Positions 61,784 through 64,000 of a DNA stretch of 64,000 nt are shown here, one piece after another. The stretch lies in the NCBI GenBank assembly GCA_963836075.1, contig CAWIIB010000009.1:3296001-3360000 (forward strand), read 5' to 3'. The DNA is from an uncultured Acidobacteriota bacterium (lineage in GTDB: Bacteria; Acidobacteriota; JAQAZP01). Position 1 is the stretch's first letter, and each line of letters opens with the position of its first letter. The notes beneath the pieces are model-generated. The model was not told the DNA's origin, did no database searches, and saw only the letters and a program-made list of their open reading frames with translations. A program made the translations under genes and the position numbers.

Positions 61784-63052
61784 TCAGTTCCAGAAGGGCA
61801 GCGGAATCACTTCCTCGACGGAGGCCTTGTAGTCCTCCTCGTCATCGTCGTCCCCGGTACGCTTCGATTTGTCCTTCGGTTCGAATTTCACGCGGCAGAC
61901 ATAGACCCCGATCTCCAGCCCGCTGGCAGTGGTTGTGGCAGCCTTGTCCGAGTATTTGTCGCTTTCCTTCTCCTCCTCGGTCAGGTTCTCCGGATCGGAT
62001 CTCAGGGGCCAGAACTCCCAGGGATACTCGATCAGGTGCCGGCCCAAAGCTACCGTGGCCGAACCCGAGAATCCGACCACTGACATCTCCATTCTTCCTT
62101 CCCTGCGCACAATAATGACGATGCCGGCGTCCTCCTTCGCCGGTATCCAGGGGCAGAGATCCCACGGGCCCTCCTTGTCCTTCAGGAAGTAGGTGCCGGG
62201 GATCGACGGCGGGTGCTTTTTGTCGAACTGTTTTTTCTTCCTGGCCTCATCGCAGGTCTTCTGATATAGCTCCGGGTTCCAGTCTTCGAAGTTCGGCGGG
62301 AATACATCACCGCCGAAGCAGCTTCTCACCGTCCGGTCGAAATCGCGGTAACAGAGATAGAAGGGCACCACCGGCGGCCCGGATGCCGGAGAGAAGGGCT
62401 GGCAACCGAAGAGGTTGGCCACCGTGCACTCCACCAGGTAGTTTGCGCGCTGGCTGCCCAGCAGGATCACGCTCTCCTCGGGATTCCGCGGCAGGATTTC
62501 CCGGTCAAAGGTTCTGGTCGCCCGGTCACGGTCTTTGTCGAATTCGCAGCCTTCCTGGCAGGGCTGGTTCCAGGTGTAGTGGAACGGGATGAATCGCGTG
62601 TGCACTGACGGTCGATACTGGCCCATGTCACTGGTGGAGGAGAGGCGCCCGGTGAACATCGACGCCACCTCGGCATCGCGCCGGGACACCGAGCGGTGGG
62701 CCGGCACGTGGGGCAGGTCCCGGTGGGCCTGCTGGTATTCGCCCAGATAGATGGTGACCCACCTCGATTTTCCAAAGGCCAGCCACAGTTTGGACTCCCG
62801 GGAGCCGAAGAGGGCACCGGGTAGGATGGAGGGATCGAAGAGCCCCTTTTCGATGTCACTCTTCTTCTTGACCAGAATCCAGCGGCAGATGTTGCTGAGA
62901 ACCTTGAGGGAAGGGTTGCTTATTTCGTTGGTCAGGAGGGCGCCGATGGTATGCCGGTGGACTTTGCATGCCTTGGCCAGTTCCTTCCTGAACCCGTGTG
63001 TATCGAGGCCGTAAAGCTTCAGGAATTGTTTCAGCCTCAGTTCGATCTGCAT
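61784..63052 (-). CDS. XRE/Cro-type HTH protein with a large uncharacterised C-terminal domain
   Basis: ELAKACKVHRHTIGALLTNEISNPSLKVLSNIC HTH pattern; GGGGAGG upstream. Confidence 0.72.
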   Translation of the reverse strand: MQIELRLKQFLKLYGLDTHGFRKELAKACKVHRHTIGALLTNEISNPSLKVLSNICRWILVKKKSDIEKGLFDPSILPGALFGSRESKLWLAFGKSRWVTIYLGEYQQAHRDLPHVPAHRSVSRRDAEVASMFTGRLSSTSDMGQYRPSVHTRFIPFHYTWNQPCQEGCEFDKDRDRATRTFDREILPRNPEESVILLGSQRANYLVECTVANLFGCQPFSPASGPPVVPFYLCYRDFDRTVRSCFGGDVFPPNFEDWNPELYQKTCDEARKKKQFDKKHPPSIPGTYFLKDKEGPWDLCPWIPAKEDAGIVIIVRREGRMEMSVVGFSGSATVALGRHLIEYPWEFWPLRSDPENLTEEEKESDKYSDKAATTTASGLEIGVYVCRVKFEPKDKSKRTGDDDDEEDYKASVEEVIPLPFWN

Positions 63053-63731
63053 CGTTCCGCCCTCCCCGAATAAATCACTGATGCCCGGTGATGACTACCG
63101 GATCTGCTGTCTGCTGGTGCCGGCCCATGGTTGAAATCGGGCCCGACTCCAATTTTTTTTGGTTTTTTTTACCTCCTGCGATTTGTCAGTCCCCAAGACT
63201 TTTAAAGAATGTTCATAAATTGACACTGTCAAATATCCCGATTGTCCACAACAATCCCGGATATGTCGGCTGTGCGGAAGCATTTGGCTTCCCGATGGCG
63301 CATCCTCCGCTCCATCATAGTCCATTCGATTGTGAAATGTCCATAATAAATTACATTGTATTTGAATTATTATGGATAATTAAAACTGACATGAAACCAT
63401 ATATATGTATACTGAGATTCTACACGACTGTACAATAAAAATCGGCAAAAGTGCAGAAAATTGCTGTTTTAATTCAAATATGAGGCTCTTGACGTAATTG
63501 ATTTGAGGTATTAGGTTCAATATATCTCGTTTGTGTGTGTTGAATTTCTTTTTTAATCTTCTGTGGCTAATGATGAAAAGTGACAGCTTAAGACAACATA
63601 TCTTACTTGTTCAGATTTTGCTCGATAGGATAGAAAAAGTGTACATATCGGAATTTCAGGTGTCAAGCGTCATGGAGTTTAACCGGAGGGCGGTGCGCAA
63701 CCGGGCACCGGTCATTGGGAGGTGAATAGAG

Positions 63732-64000
63732 ATGATCTGCGCAGATTCCATGCATTTGCTCCTGGAGACAGCAGGCTCGGGAAGCCTGTCGGTTCCACGG
63801 CCAGGTGCTTCCACAAGAGGCCCGGAGGATCCCGCCAGACCCCTGTGGCTCGAAATCCCTCCTGGCGTGAGCTATCTGACTATGGAGAAGGACGGATACC
63901 CCCGTTTGGACCAGGATCCACCGGAAGGAGCCAGCGGCTTCGTGCTGCTCGAACCGATCAGCTGGGACCAGGGCGACCGAGTGCTTGCAATCAATATGCG
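63732..64000 (+). CDS. Hypothetical protein, truncated by the window edge
   Basis: GGGAGGTG then ATG 63732; the frame (MICADSMHLLLE...LLEPISWDQGDRVLAINM) stays open to the end. Confidence 0.55.
   Translation, partial: MICADSMHLLLETAGSGSLSVPRPGASTRGPEDPARPLWLEIPPGVSYLTMEKDGYPRLDQDPPEGASGFVLLEPISWDQGDRVLAINM

Noticed and set aside
63088-63725. Small ORFs in the AT-rich spacer
   Set aside because: Atypical composition, no RBS and no motifs; more likely regulatory DNA

Overview
GC-rich bacterial DNA, probably from a diderm organism (sigma-54 and ECF systems, sigma-70-type promoters, Tat and lipoprotein signals, a MacA-type adaptor, a likely outer-membrane barrel); the taxon cannot be fixed from this window. 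It holds about 48 genes and no rRNA, tRNA, CRISPR array or transposase that I can support. The main result is a clustered lower half of the archaeal (Aeropyrum-type) modified mevalonate pathway at 40.4-48.9 kb: mevalonate kinase and type-2 IPP isomerase on the - strand, facing a + strand operon of UbiD-family decarboxylase, two-subunit aconitase X (putative phosphomevalonate dehydratase) and isopentenyl phosphate kinase, with a MenA/UbiA prenyltransferase close by. Other points: two unrelated secreted repeat proteins share a ~120-aa C-terminal domain; five 'sulfatase-like' enzymes have Thr at the nucleophile position and sit with GT-C/GT4 glycosyltransferases; a sigma-54 two-component operon contains Gly/His-rich secreted proteins; an RRM gene has a long structured leader; five genes carry single +1 frameshifts, most likely sequencing errors.
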